Shown in pieces: positions 25,452 through 38,470 of a stretch of 64,000 nucleotides of DNA (within the stretch, counting starts at the first letter, position 1; each line of letters begins with the position of its first letter). Source of the DNA: Mytilus trossulus (Eukaryota); assembly GCF_036588685.1 (NCBI RefSeq), contig NC_086385.1:34991216-35055215 (forward strand), read 5' to 3'. The position numbers and the translations under genes were made by a program. Below the pieces are notes generated by a model that was given only the letters and a program-made list of their open reading frames with translations, was not told the origin of the DNA and did no database searches.

Positions 25452-26035
25452 AAAGGAGTAGGTCCGGTAAGACCTCTTTTTGGCCCCAAAATATAACAGT
25501 TTCACAAAATTGTTAAAATGTAAACTTTTAGTTATTTATTGGACAGTTGAATACTTCTGCTACATTAATATGGGCTGTTTTTGACAATACAATGCACATA
25601 TATCGGGTTGTAGCACCATTAAGTCATGCTAAATTACTGAAATCTTCAAAATTCTATCATTTTAGTTAAATTTTAGACGGTTTCCGTGTAAAACAAAAGT
25701 GGCCGCATTCGTGTTCATCCATAATATTGAAATGTAAGTTGTATTTTATGATAATACATAACATATATAAAGGTTGTGGATGAACACGGATGCGGCCACT
25801 TTCATTTTTGACAAAAACCATCTGAAAGGTGACGTTTTTTGGCATATTTGAGAGATTTTTCATATTTGAGCCTGAATCGGATCGTGTTTAAGGACGAAAT
25901 CAGTTAAAATCTTTCACATAAACTAATTGAATCAAGTGAAATAGACACTAAAGTGTTTAAAAAGTGGTCAAAATCTTTCGTCAGATGAAACTGAAATTTG
26001 AGGCCAAAATGAGTCCTTACCGGACCTACTCCTTT
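25452..26035. mobile_element. MITE in intron 1 of copy 2
   Basis: TIRs AAAGGAGTAGGTCCGGTAAG / CTTACCGGACCTACTCCTTT, plus an internal inverted repeat at ~25696-25801. Absent from the same position after exon 1 of copy 3. Confidence 0.8.
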
Positions 26036-27982
26036 TCTTTTAATCTTACTCAATGAATGGCTATTATCTATTTTGAATTTAATAAAGTCAAAATAAATTA
26101 TTGCCATTCATTATAAATAAATTTCTATCAAAAATAAGGCTCAAAGAACTTTTTATATTACTTATATTAACAATAACAACGTACACACATGATGGCGTAT
26201 GAATACACAACGTCAGAATGGGCGTGTCGCCATCAAAATTGACAACATTGAAAATAAAACTAATAATTTTAACCAATCAGACAGTAAAAACACCAAATTT
26301 ATTTATTAACTGATAAGGTCTTTTCTCAGCACAGTGGAGTGATATAAAACATTATCGCCAGAAACTAAGGGCACACGTGCTTGTTGTCAATGAAATAAAA
26401 AAAAGTCGTCATAGGTAAAATAGCGATAAACAGATTATCATTGGTCATTTTGCCGCAACGGCTCAAGCGAGAAAATCAATCTCGTTCGGTTGAAATGATC
26501 AACGATAATATTTAACTCACATAGCTTTTTTCAAGAACAAAATTAATTACAAATTTTGTATCAATACCATACAGGAACACGAGTGTCTAATGTATTGTCC
26601 GCCATATTTTCAATGGAAACTAAAAATGTTTAGCATGAATGCCAACATCCATACCCACTCAAACACACCAACCAACCAAACACACACGATTAATAATCGT
26701 TGTTTTAAAGTTCGACTGTCTTGAAAGATGTTGCCAATGTTGACTATGACAAATCGGGAAGTCTCGGCTAATATACTAACTATCAGGCAGAAATTTATCA
26801 CGTCGGGTGCCTTTGTAGTTTCACTATGCTGTATGAATTTTTCTCATTGTTGAAGGCCATACCGTGACCTATAGTAGCTTGAATTTACGTAATTTAGTCT
26901 CCGATGGAAAGTTGTCTCATTAGCCTCTAAGACTTACTAGTACCACATTTTCTGATAAAACGTTTTTAATATTTATTTTCTTTTTCAATTAAAATTGTTT
27001 TACTAACACGAGATTGTCCTTTAGTCAATTAAAATTACATGGTAAAATTTTATTTCCAAAACTTTTATTTCAGAACGAAATAGTTAGGAAGAAGACGAAC
27101 TTTCTAAGAAAGCAGAAGAGTACACGACGACAGTTGGTAGTTATATTGCCTGGAACACAAACGTAGATCTAGCTTAGACCTCCCGACTCAACTGTCTCAC
27201 TAACCAAAGATGACGAACATATCCAGGATTACTGCAATGCTTTACAGTATAGCTTGTTTGAAAACAATATTCCCGAGACGATCGACATAACACACATACC
27301 AAGAACACCCAACCCTGAGACGGAAGTCGCAATCGTTGTTTTGGCATCACCAGTGGTACTAGCGATACTGCTAGAAGGTGGGCGCCAATGTCCGGGCGAA
27401 ATGTTACTCGTGCTGTCACCCACATGGCTCAAAAAGGATAAATCGAATAAAGGTGAAGGTCAATATTCACTTTTTGTCAAAAAAGCAATTGCTTTTGATC
27501 GTAGAGGGACTTCCTTTATCGATGTGTTCGAGAAACCTAGACGTTGTACCTACTTTGTGAACTTCTTTACACGTGCATGTACTGATGGCCAACGAAAAGA
27601 TGGTGTGGATATTGAGTTGGTTTTGGATTGCCCGATGTCCAGTTCTTTTGAACTGTGCAAATACGTGGATGATAAACTTTTAACTCGCATATGGATGGCG
27701 GAAGCGGTTGTACATTACCCAGAAACACTAGCGGTTGTTTATAAACCGGCGTATGAATACAATGTTCCTAATGATGCGAATATTGAAGTTATAGCTATTG
27801 AAAATAAACAAGACGCAAAAAAACCATTGAGGATAAAGTTAAACATTTTCTGAGTTTAGAAAATATTCATTCAAAAGGAAAGGTAAACTATCTTGACTTT
27901 AGGCATTTAAAAACACTAATTTTTTGCTTGTATTTTTTGTTAAAAAAACACTCAACTTCATTGGAATCGTTTTCTGTCTCTT

Positions 27983-28092
27983 TTAGTATGTAAATGTCCA
28001 GGTGTTAGTATGTAAATGTCCAGGTGTTAGTATGTAAATGTCCAGTTGTTAGTATGTAAATGTCCAGGTGTTAGTATGTAAATGTCCAGGTA
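27983..28092. repeat. 22-bp tandem repeat x5
   Basis: TTAGTATGTAAATGTCCAGGTG units. Confidence 0.9.
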
Positions 28093-28927
28093 TAAACATG
28101 TACTGATGTAGATTAACTAATTCGCTGAAAATTACAAGATGATTCTATTCATCAAGGGTCACGTGCTGCTTATATATTTTATCGTTTATTTCCATATATT
28201 TATTAAATTGCAATATCTGTTTAAATTTTGAAACTCTCTGAATATTTAGAATTCTTAAGATAATGGTTTTCTTATTGACGATTTTGCAAATTATTGTTTT
28301 AATGATAATCTTAAAAGTCTAAGATTTGTTGTAATGGTTCTTTTGAAAGGGAGCGTATAGCACCAACATGTACATCTACATTCTGAACGGACGTTTTTCC
28401 TTAGGGTATTGACAGTTGTTTGTTTCTAATATTCATTGTCCTGAAAAATGCATGAAACATTTGTCACTGAACGTTTTACCAAACAACATTTTAAAATTAA
28501 TCAATCAAAGTATACAGACAATATTTTTTTTAGATCGTGGTAAAACCTTCCGGTATCACGTGGCATGGCAGTAGATGCGTGTCGATCCATGAAGTAACAA
28601 ATGTAGAAGAAATTTGTAAAGCTGTGACGGACTTATTAGCTATATTGGAAGTAGAAAATGCAGTTCTGATAGAGGCGTTTTATCACCCTGTAGAATCAGC
28701 AAACCCTAAATTAGGTAATGATAAAGGCATAACAAGTTTTAGTGGGTTTGACAACCGAGAAATCGAAATATAACGGAATTTCGCGACCGGGAAACATTTT
28801 TTAAAAATGAAAGGTATTAAATATTTTAAGTACCTAGTGTGATATTTATAGATATATATATAGGAAAACAAATTCTGGGACAAGTATGTGAATACTATTG
28901 TGACTACGTATACCATATTTAGGCATA

Positions 28928-28958
<31 letters not shown>

Positions 28959-29806
28959 TGTTCAACTGAGACGAGTCAGTTTCCTTCAAAATGTTGTGTC
29001 AACGAAAAACTCAATCTTCCAACACATATTTTCTAAGGTACAACAATCAATATATATGTTGAATAAATGAGCTTAAAATTTTCATCAAACATTTCTCCAG
29101 TATAACTACACTTAATGGCCTCATACTTGACGGTTGATTTGTTGTAACATGTAAGGGCTTTTTTCTCATCTAGCTGTCGCACACCTGATTCATGTTTTCC
29201 AATGCTCTTGATTACGCCGGAGTGTTATATGCTTTGAACAAATTACATACGACTTCTTGTTTCATATGAGAGCTCACATATATATAGGTCTCCAAACAAT
29301 AAAGTTAAACATGAATATGCAGTGTTAATCAATTAACAATTAATCCTTTCAGCTGATTACTCGTTCAAAATAAGGACTATTGTATGTAGAAGAATAGACG
29401 ACACACCAATTGCAACCCAGATGGTTTGTGGGATAGGTCTGAAAAATCAACCAATCAATGGCGACAACACTATTCCCCATTCATTCGAAACAACCATGCA
29501 GATGTGGAACATGGATGAAGCAGAAATACAGCGACTATTAAATACTGTATCCCCCGAATGGCGCTGCCCATGGAAAAAATTGACGAGTAAAAAAGTATAG
29601 ATTCACCCAGTTACATGGAAATTACAACAACAGTTTATGTACAGTTTATGCACACGTAATGTCCAGAAGATAATTTAATTTAATTCAAAATTTGTGCATG
29701 AGATGTTATTGAGAGGGGATTTTTGAACTTTTTTACAAGTAACAAGTAACAAGGTACGAGACTCCTATCGGTCATCCCCTAATTAACTGAAAACTACTTT
29801 CTTTTT

Positions 29807-30619
29807 ATGACTATGGCTACCGTTGAGTCCATTTCTGAACTGAAGCAGCTTATTATTGGTATAGACGGAAAAGTAGGAATATTATCCAACAAGCTAGACA
29901 ATATAGAGGACCGCTTCACACGCATAGTAACAGAAATAAAATCTGAGGTAGATGAGGTTAAAACTGAAGTTAAAAACACAAAACTTGAGGTTCAAAAATT
30001 ACGGTAGGACCATCTTGAGCTAGAAAAAGGTGTTGGTCACATTGAACTAGAAATTAACAGGGTAGCAGATAAGAAGTTAAACATATTTAGAACAAGTCTA
30101 GAAAAAAAAAAATCTATTCTGCATGAACAACAGGTTTTATTAGAAAAACATGAGAGAAAATATAACGCCCTTATTTATGGAGTGCCAGAAAGTGATCACG
30201 AAGATATATTTGCAGTTCTTAATACATTTTTCACCCAAGATCTAAAAATAGATAAAGAAAAGGCTGATAGCTTCCCTTTTGCCAACGCTCATCGTATTCC
30301 ATCTAGGCAAACATCAGACCAGATAAAAAGGCCTTCTCCTATAATAGTCCGCGTTATCCATCATGGAGACAAACAGTACGTCCTATCTAAAGGTTATAAT
30401 TTGTCAAACAAACATATGCGCATTGTTGATGATTTACCCCCAGTCATGAAAGAATCGAGGCATGAGCTCGCAAAGTTGGCTTACACAATTAGGAATGAGG
30501 AACATCTGCAAACAAGAATCAAGGTGGTCGGAACCCGTCTTCTCCTACAAACACGTACAAACTCAAAAGATAATTGGTTTCTAAGGAGAGAGGCTCTCTG
30601 TTGCTTACCTTATAAATGA
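29807..30619 (+). pseudogene. LINE ORF1 (coiled coil plus RRM-like domain) with one in-frame TAG
   Basis: ORFs 29807-30007 and 30182-30619 share a frame, separated only by TAG at 30005-30007. Heptad-like N-terminus, then ERKYNALIYGVPE, AHRI, PSPIIVRV, RIVDDLP, typical of L1-type ORF1p. Confidence 0.8.
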
Positions 30620-32709
30620 GGATTGTCTCTTTTGTTTTTGCCTCCATGATCAGATGATACACTTAATTTACTTTTGACAATATACTGACGGTCATTGAAA
30701 TGTTCTTAAATAACAAGCACATACAATGTATATATTTTCTTCTCTTGACAAGCATGCTTGTTATTTATTTAAAAGTTTCATGTTTTATTGCCAGCTATTT
30801 AGATCTATAAATTAATATATATCCATGTTTCTAAAACTATGTGCCTATTATATATATTTCAGGTTTAAAAAAAAAAGAACAGTAAGTAAAAAGTGTGCTT
30901 GTTTGATGTTTCTGCATTTTCTTATTCTTTTTTTGTTGTTTTGTGCTTCTTTTTTTTTTCTTTTTTTTTATGCGTGCTTATGTTTTTGCTATTTATGTTG
31001 TGTTTTTGTTCTGATTTTTTTATTTTTTGTTTAGCTTTAGAAAATAGTTGCATTGTATTAGCTTTTTTTGATTTGCAAATTTCCTGCTTTTGCTGTGTAT
31101 TTAAATCAAAATATATGCCTATAGCATGTTTAGCATGTTGTTATCAAACTTGATAATTCACCGTTTCAGAAGCTGAAGGCCATTATTAAAATAATTACTC
31201 TTGAAATTAAGATATACATGTACTAACAAAACTTTAGCCAATTAAGTTACATTATATTATTATCAAACCAATCAAAACAATTTGGTGTACGTTTTACTAA
31301 CATTGCTTTAGATTCTGAGATGGCGAATTAATCTTATATTGATTTATATGATATATAGGTTCCTAGATAATAGAGTTACTTTTGTACACATGTAATGTCG
31401 CGATATAACATGTATAACCATGACTTACTTACATGTATCCTGGTACAGAATATTAATTGGTCCAAAATGACGGCTACACATAATATAATATGATACTTGT
31501 ACATAGTCAGACACATACATGTGTAAAAACAGGAATAATACATAGTATTAATCACAATTTATAATGATACAGTACTACAAAACAATGCTGGTTAACATAA
31601 TCGTATAATTTAGACTTTATAATTTAAATAGCTTTTTAATTAACAGTGATAATTAACTCATTGATAACTTATATTAAAATTTTAAAGCAGGCCTTTCTTT
31701 TCCTGAACACATGGATAGATGAAATCAAAATTAGCACAAAGTTTGCATTATCTGAGTCCAATAAGCTATGACTTCATATTAAAGATAGGAAGCTTTGATA
31801 TGCATTGCAATAATTTATTACATTGCTCCTCAAACACAGGTAGTAGTTGTTAATTTGCTGTTACATATATTGTTTTCATTTACATAATCCACTTTTAGGA
31901 CTAAAGTTTCAGGTACTATAGTATAGACTTCTTAATGGATAATATTTATACCAAAGATGTTCATAAACATGCAATGAAACCTTTACAGTGACTCTATAAA
32001 ATAAAAGTAACTTTAACCAAAACATCCTTATATCACACTTTAGGAAAAGTAAAGACAAAGATAATTATCAAGATTAAACAAAACTCTACTTTTTGCAATC
32101 AAAGGGAAATAACTCAAAAGATATTCATTGCATTTGGATTTTTTTTTAGTTTGAAACAAGAACTGTGCTCAGTATATTTAAATACTTAAAAAAAATATTA
32201 TTTAATCAAGGATTCAAAAGAATGATGAGTACAGCTGATTTATTCATAAATCATGAATAAATCAAGTTATATTTTCTGCTCAATGAATGATCATTTCATA
32301 ATGTTAACCTTTGATCAAAGTATAACAATCCCCCCTTTTTTTCTCACAACAGACTATAAATTGTAATTTTAGTAAGCTGGGTGACTATACCATTTGTAGG
32401 TATATATCCTGTATTTATTAACTTACTCGTATTTATTATTTTCATTTATTTTTTACTCTTTTTTTTTCATTTCTTTTCTGTACAATGTTTTATTATTTTC
32501 TTTATTATTTTATTGGCAAATATATATGAAAATATAGAAATTTATAGCAGAAGTATTACAATTAACATCATGTTTGAATCAGAGACCAGACCATTACTAC
32601 ATAACATACATTGTGTTAAATTTTCTTTACTTATTGTCAGTTGTGTGGGACTTTTTCTGTCATTTTATATAAATAATGTTTCAAACTGTTTATGTCATTT
32701 ATACTCTAA

Positions 32710-35700
32710 ATGAAAAATAATCTTATTCAGATTGTCTCATACAACTGCCAAGGACTTAATTCAATTGAAAAGCGAAGAGATGTTTTAGACTATCTAAGAG
32801 CAAAAGATTGTAGCATGTATTGTCTTCAAGATACACACTTTTCTAAAAAAGATGAACAATTTGTTAAGAATCAATGGGGTGGAGAATGCGTCTTTAGTTC
32901 CTTTTCTTCAAATCAAAGAGGAGTGGCCATTTTATTTAATAATAATTTTGAATATAAGATTTTACAAAGCAAAAAAGATCAAAATGGAAATCTATTAGGA
33001 TTGAATATTAAAATTGAAGATAACAATATCACTTTAATTACATTATATGGTCCAAATAGTGACAGTCCTGATTTTTATGATAAAGTTAGCGAAATAATTG
33101 AAGAATTTGATAATCATACTGTCATTGTGACAGGAGATTATAACTTAGTGCAAAATCAAGACCTTGATACTTTTAATTACTTGAATATAAATAATCCAAA
33201 AGCTAAGGAAAAAGTGTTAGATATAAAGGAAATTTACAACTTAACTGATCCATTTAGAGAACTATATCCAGAAAGTAAAAGATATACTTGGAGGAAACCA
33301 AACCCTATAAAACAGGCCAGACTAGATTTTTTTTTTAGTTTCACAGAGCTTTTATCCAAATGTACATGACTTAAAGATACAAAATAGTTATAGATCAGAT
33401 CACTCGCCTATTATTTTACAAATAAAACTTAATAACTTCAGAATTGGGAGGGGTTTATGGAAATTTAACAATTCTCTTTTATATGATCCAGATTATATCC
33501 ATATTGTAAAAGAGGTAATAAATAAAACTAAAGAACAATATGCTTCTCTTGTATATAATCGAGAAAACCTAAACTTAGTAGACTCTAGTGAAATTGAGTT
33601 CACAATTAGTGATCAATTATTTTTAGAAACATTGTTAACTGAAATAAGGGGGAAAACAATATCATATGCTTCATTTAAAAAGAAAAAAACAAATAAATTA
33701 GAACATTTGCTAGCTGAAGATATAAACAAGTTGGAAGAAATAACCCAAACAGATGAAATTTTGGAACAGATAGAAAAAAAGAAAACGGATCTTAGAATTA
33801 TCAGACAAAATAAAATGAGGGGTCAATACATAAGGTCAAAAACACAATGGGTAGAAGAAGGAGAGAAACCGTCAAAGTTTTTCATAAATTTAGAGACAAA
33901 AAATTATGTCAATAAAACAATTCCTAAATTAATTGATCAATCAGGAAATATAATTGAAAACCAAAAACAAATTCTAAACGAAGCCAAAAATTATTACAAA
34001 AATCTATATTCCAAAAATGAGACTATAAAATCTATTAATCTGAATAATGCTTTACCCCATAAAGATATACCAAAACTATCTGAAAATATGAAAGAGTCGT
34101 TAGAAGGGGAAATATCATTTATAGAATTGACTGATGCAATTAAAAGAATGAAAAATGAGAAAAGCCCTGGATCAGATGGATATACAAATGAATTTCTTAA
34201 ATTTTTTTGGATTGATATAGGTAAATTCATACATAGATCAATCAAATATGGCTATAATCAAGGGGAAATGTCTATTACCCAAAAACAAGGAATTATCACT
34301 TGCATTCCAAAAGGTGACAAACCAAAACAAAACATGAAGAATTGGCGGCCAATCAGTCTTTTAAATAATATATATAAATTAGCATCAAGTTGCATTGCAG
34401 AAAGGATAAAGTCAGTTTTAACAATTTTAATTAATAATGATCAGACCGGATTTATACCTGGTAGATTTATTGGTGAAAACACCAGATTAATATATGATTT
34501 ACTACACTACACTGAAGAAAATGATATCCCCGGCATTCTCCTCCTCATTGACTTCGAAAAAGCTTTTGATACAATATCCTGGATTTTTATGGAACAAGTT
34601 CTTGACTTTTTCAACTTTGGAAATTCCATAAAACATTGGGTTAAAACTTTTTTTTACAAATACTAAATCAGCAATAACGCAGAATAATTTTCTATCAGAT
34701 TTTTTTTACAATTGAAAGAGGTTGCAGACAAGGGGATCCTTTATCTCCTTACATTTTCTTGTTATGTGCAGAAATTTTAGGAATATTACTTAGGAAAAAC
34801 GAAAACATAAAAGGTATTACTATTGAAGACTCTGATTTTTTGATATCACAATATGCTGATGACACCACACTTATTTTAGATGGTTCACCAGAATCCTTAG
34901 ATGCATCTCTTTGTGTTTTAGAACTATATGCTGAATGGTCTGGTCTCAAGATGAATTTAGAGAAAACAAAGGTAGTCTGGATTGGGAAAAAGAAATATAG
35001 CCAAGATACAATGTGTGTAAAGTGGGGATTGGAGTGGGGTTCCAACAGATTTACGCTCTTGGGTATTAAATATTCAGTAGACTTACAAGAAATGGAAACA
35101 CTAAATTTTGAACCCAAATTTAAAGAGATAGAAAGAACAATGAAAAGCTGGTCTAACAAATACTTATCCCCAATTGGAAAAATTACAATAATTAAAAGTC
35201 TTATAATTTCAAAGCTCAATCACCTATTTTTAACTTTACCAAATCTTAATAATGGATTACTAAATCAATTCATAAAAAAAATATTTGATTTTATTTGGGA
35301 TGGTAAACCAGACAAAATTAAAAGGGAAACAATTGCTCAAATATATGAACTGGGTGGACTTAACATGTTAAATCTAAAACAATACCTCAAAGGATTAAAA
35401 CTAACTTGGATAAGAAGAATAATCAAACAAACTAATAACTATTGTAAATTACTAACTTGTACTGAAAAAATTGAATTAAATGAATTATTCTTGGTAGGTC
35501 CAAGAACACAAGTTAAAAATCCTTTTTGGCTGGAGGTTTTTAATGCTTGGACTGAACTACAAACCAAAGTAGCTATTAAGAACGAATATGATTTTATCGC
35601 ATCTAATCTTTGGAATAATAAAGAAATTAAAATTGGTAATCAAACCCCTCTGTATAAAAAATGGACTGAAAAGGGTGTCTGGCTAATAAATGATTTAATT

Positions 35701-36502
35701 GATAATGATGGACATTTAATGAATTGGCAGGAATTTAAAAAAAACATATGATGTTGATACTAACTTTCTTATATTTCAAGGAGTAATGTCAGCTGTTTAT
35801 TTCTATATGAAAAGTCTTAATATTAAAAATAATCAGCTTATGAAGCCTTATGGGCCAATTATACCAACTACTATTTCTATATTTATGAAATCTACAAAAG
35901 GATCAAAAGACATGTATAATGTTTTAAATAAAAAAATAACCAATATCACATCACAGGAAAAGTGGTCTTTAATCCTAAATAGACATAATATTATTTGGAA
36001 TAAAATATACAGACTTCCATTTTACATTACTAAAAACTCAAAATTACAGTGGCTCCAATACAGGATTAATCACAGAATTTTGGGAACAAATAAATTTCTC
36101 TACAAAATTAAAATCTCACAAAACAATAAATGCACTTTCTGTTCAGACTCAATAGAAACTATTGAACACATATTCTGGACATGTCCAAAAGTTTTTGATG
36201 TTTGGGAAGAACTTAATAAATGGATATTTGCAAAAGTCCAAATTGAACTACCACTTAATTTAGATATTGTCTTATTTGGGATATTAGAAAAAACAGAAAA
36301 AAACTACATAAGAAATCTCATAATACTATTAACCAAATATTATATATACAAAACAAAAATGCAATGTGGACAAGTAAATAGTGTAGCCTTAAAAAATGAC
36401 CTTAAAGAAAATTTGTTCATTGAAAAAATAATATTTTATAAAAATAAACCATTGCAAAGAGCGTACACCTGCTGGAACCCCTGGCTCCTACTAATAGAAT
36501 GA
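32710..36502 (+). pseudogene. LINE ORF2: APE endonuclease, reverse transcriptase, C-terminal zinc knuckle (four +1 frameshifts)
   Basis: EN motifs SYNCQGL, CLQDTH, RGVAIL, GDYN, ARLDFF, SDHSPI. RT motifs KSPGSDG, WRPISLLN, IDFEKAFD, GCRQGDPLSP, QYADD. CTFC...ETIEHIFWTC at the C-terminus. Removing one base from each of four homopolymers gives 1262 aa. Confidence 0.93.
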
Positions 36503-38288
36503 TTTTATAAGCTAACTCTCATGTAATAAAAATATCTACCCAATCCATGCTACCTTAGATTTAGATTTTCTATTCCTTTTTAAAATTATTAATAATATCA
36601 ATATACGTTTATAGAAGGATTCAAAATATCAACTTTATGTACTCGTCTCGATTTTGCTGATGTACTATGAACTTATTTACTATAATTATATTGCATATAT
36701 GAAGTTCTTTGCCAATAAACACATTACAAAAAAAAAATACTGTATCCCAAGGTTCGGAAAAGATCATGGATAATATTATTGCATTTGAACGAACGCTTTC
36801 AGTAGATTCAAGAGGAGGCGTCGGAGCTCAAACGGACATTATCGGTATGTGTTCTACTTTTAGTATTCGTAGTGTACCGTTGATGTATATTCTATAGGAT
36901 TAATGAAATTATAAGGAGTGAGAGACAAATCGTATAGATCTTTCGAACAAGGCAGACACAAAAACAGCATTCTTATCTAAATACAGTATAATTATTTGTA
37001 ATTTTGACCAGCATTCTATTTTTCAAAGTTACAAGTATGTTAGAATGCATCAGTTTTTATACTGAACCACATATATCAACAAATTTAGACTATAGTGACT
37101 GAGTGTGTATTTTTTTATTTGAGTTCCTTTTAAAATACAGAAATTGCCCCTGCATAAACTATTCTAGATCCCAATAAAGATATTTTGTCTAGTGTTGTAG
37201 ACTATATAAAGCAATCTATGGAATTGCGAAAATAAGGTCCACATTGGTCAATTATTATATACATCTATATATATATAGATATATGTTATTAATATCAACT
37301 TCACTTTTTAAAAACATTTATCATGTATAGTTATGTGTCATGTCACTTGTGTATACATTGTACTATGTTTGCATTTTACTGACCCGTCAGGGTTTCATGT
37401 TTTTTGCAATAAAAAGTTATTATACATATATTAACGTGTGGTTACGAATAAAGAATTAATGAATGGTTATAGATGTAGTTTATTGTAATGAAACAGATCA
37501 ACAGAGTTAAAATAAACGTACAAATATGTCAACAAGGAAAGCTAAAACAAGTGTTCAATGAGTTAATTCTTGTACTGTGTTGTTGGGGTATTGATGAGCT
37601 CGAGGGGGAAGGGGTCCTTTATTTCTGCATTTTTTTCTCTTTCTTTATACTGTTTGTCCATTATCCTCTATTCTTTATATCAAGCACCTCATTATATATA
37701 TTATCTCTTCTGTATTTTATTGGTCTGCTATTCTCTATTCTGTAAACCCCGATCCACATCATCATGATATATTTGATACTAGTAGTTCGTAATTATTTCC
37801 GATAGGTATATACTACGTTTTGGGAATGGTAAATGGACAGTTAGAAGCAGTTGGAATAGAAGTGAACAGTCATGATTGTACAATCATTAGTCAGATGTTC
37901 GAATTCTTAAACCCTCACAGACAGGATGAAGCAGTCAAGCCACTAGTAGATACAATGATAAGACGTTCTCAGATGTTTTCAATGGAAAATAGAACTGTTC
38001 TTATAATCGGAACTGGAGGTTTCAACAAAAGGTTTATTTCGGACAGCTATAAATCTTTTGGTATCAGTGTAAGTCATTTGCCGACATGTACTTTTTACAG
38101 TTCTAAAGCATGTTCTCTTTTTACTTCTTCCAACCCCATGCATGAAAATATTTATAAAATCAATGCAATTTCCTTTTCAAACGTTTCGGTTCTGATTGAC
38201 CGTTCTTAAAAACTCTATGAATGCAAATTAGTACACCAGGTATCCAACTTGACAATAGCATTGCGTTGTTGTTTTAACCGACAAACCT

Positions 38289-38470
38289 TGACAGATTCCG
38301 GTAACCTACATCATTGTATAATTTACCGAGTTGTGACAGATTCCGGTAACCTACATCATTGTATAATTTACCGAGTTGTGACAGATTCCGGTAACCTACA
38401 TCATTGTATAATTTACCGAGTTGTGACAGATTCCGGTAACCTACATCATTGTATAATTTACCGAGTTGTG
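38289..38470. repeat. 45-bp perfect tandem repeat x4
   Basis: TGACAGATTCCGGTAACCTACATCATTGTATAATTTACCGAGTTG units. Confidence 0.92.

Larger units (their letters stand above)
29554..36734 (+). mobile_element. Full-length L1/Tx1-like non-LTR retrotransposon inserted in exon 4 of copy 2
   Basis: 14-bp TSD AAATACTGTATCCC at 29540-29553 and 36735-36748; target TT/AAAT; AATAAA at 36714 followed by a short poly-A; contains ORF1 and ORF2. Removing it restores LNTVSQGSEK, matching copy 3 (LHTVSQGSEK). Confidence 0.93.

Noticed and set aside
30825-31153. Hydrophobic Phe/Leu/Cys-rich ORFs (also 32381-32713 and 37488-37767)
   Set aside because: By-products of T-rich low-complexity DNA.
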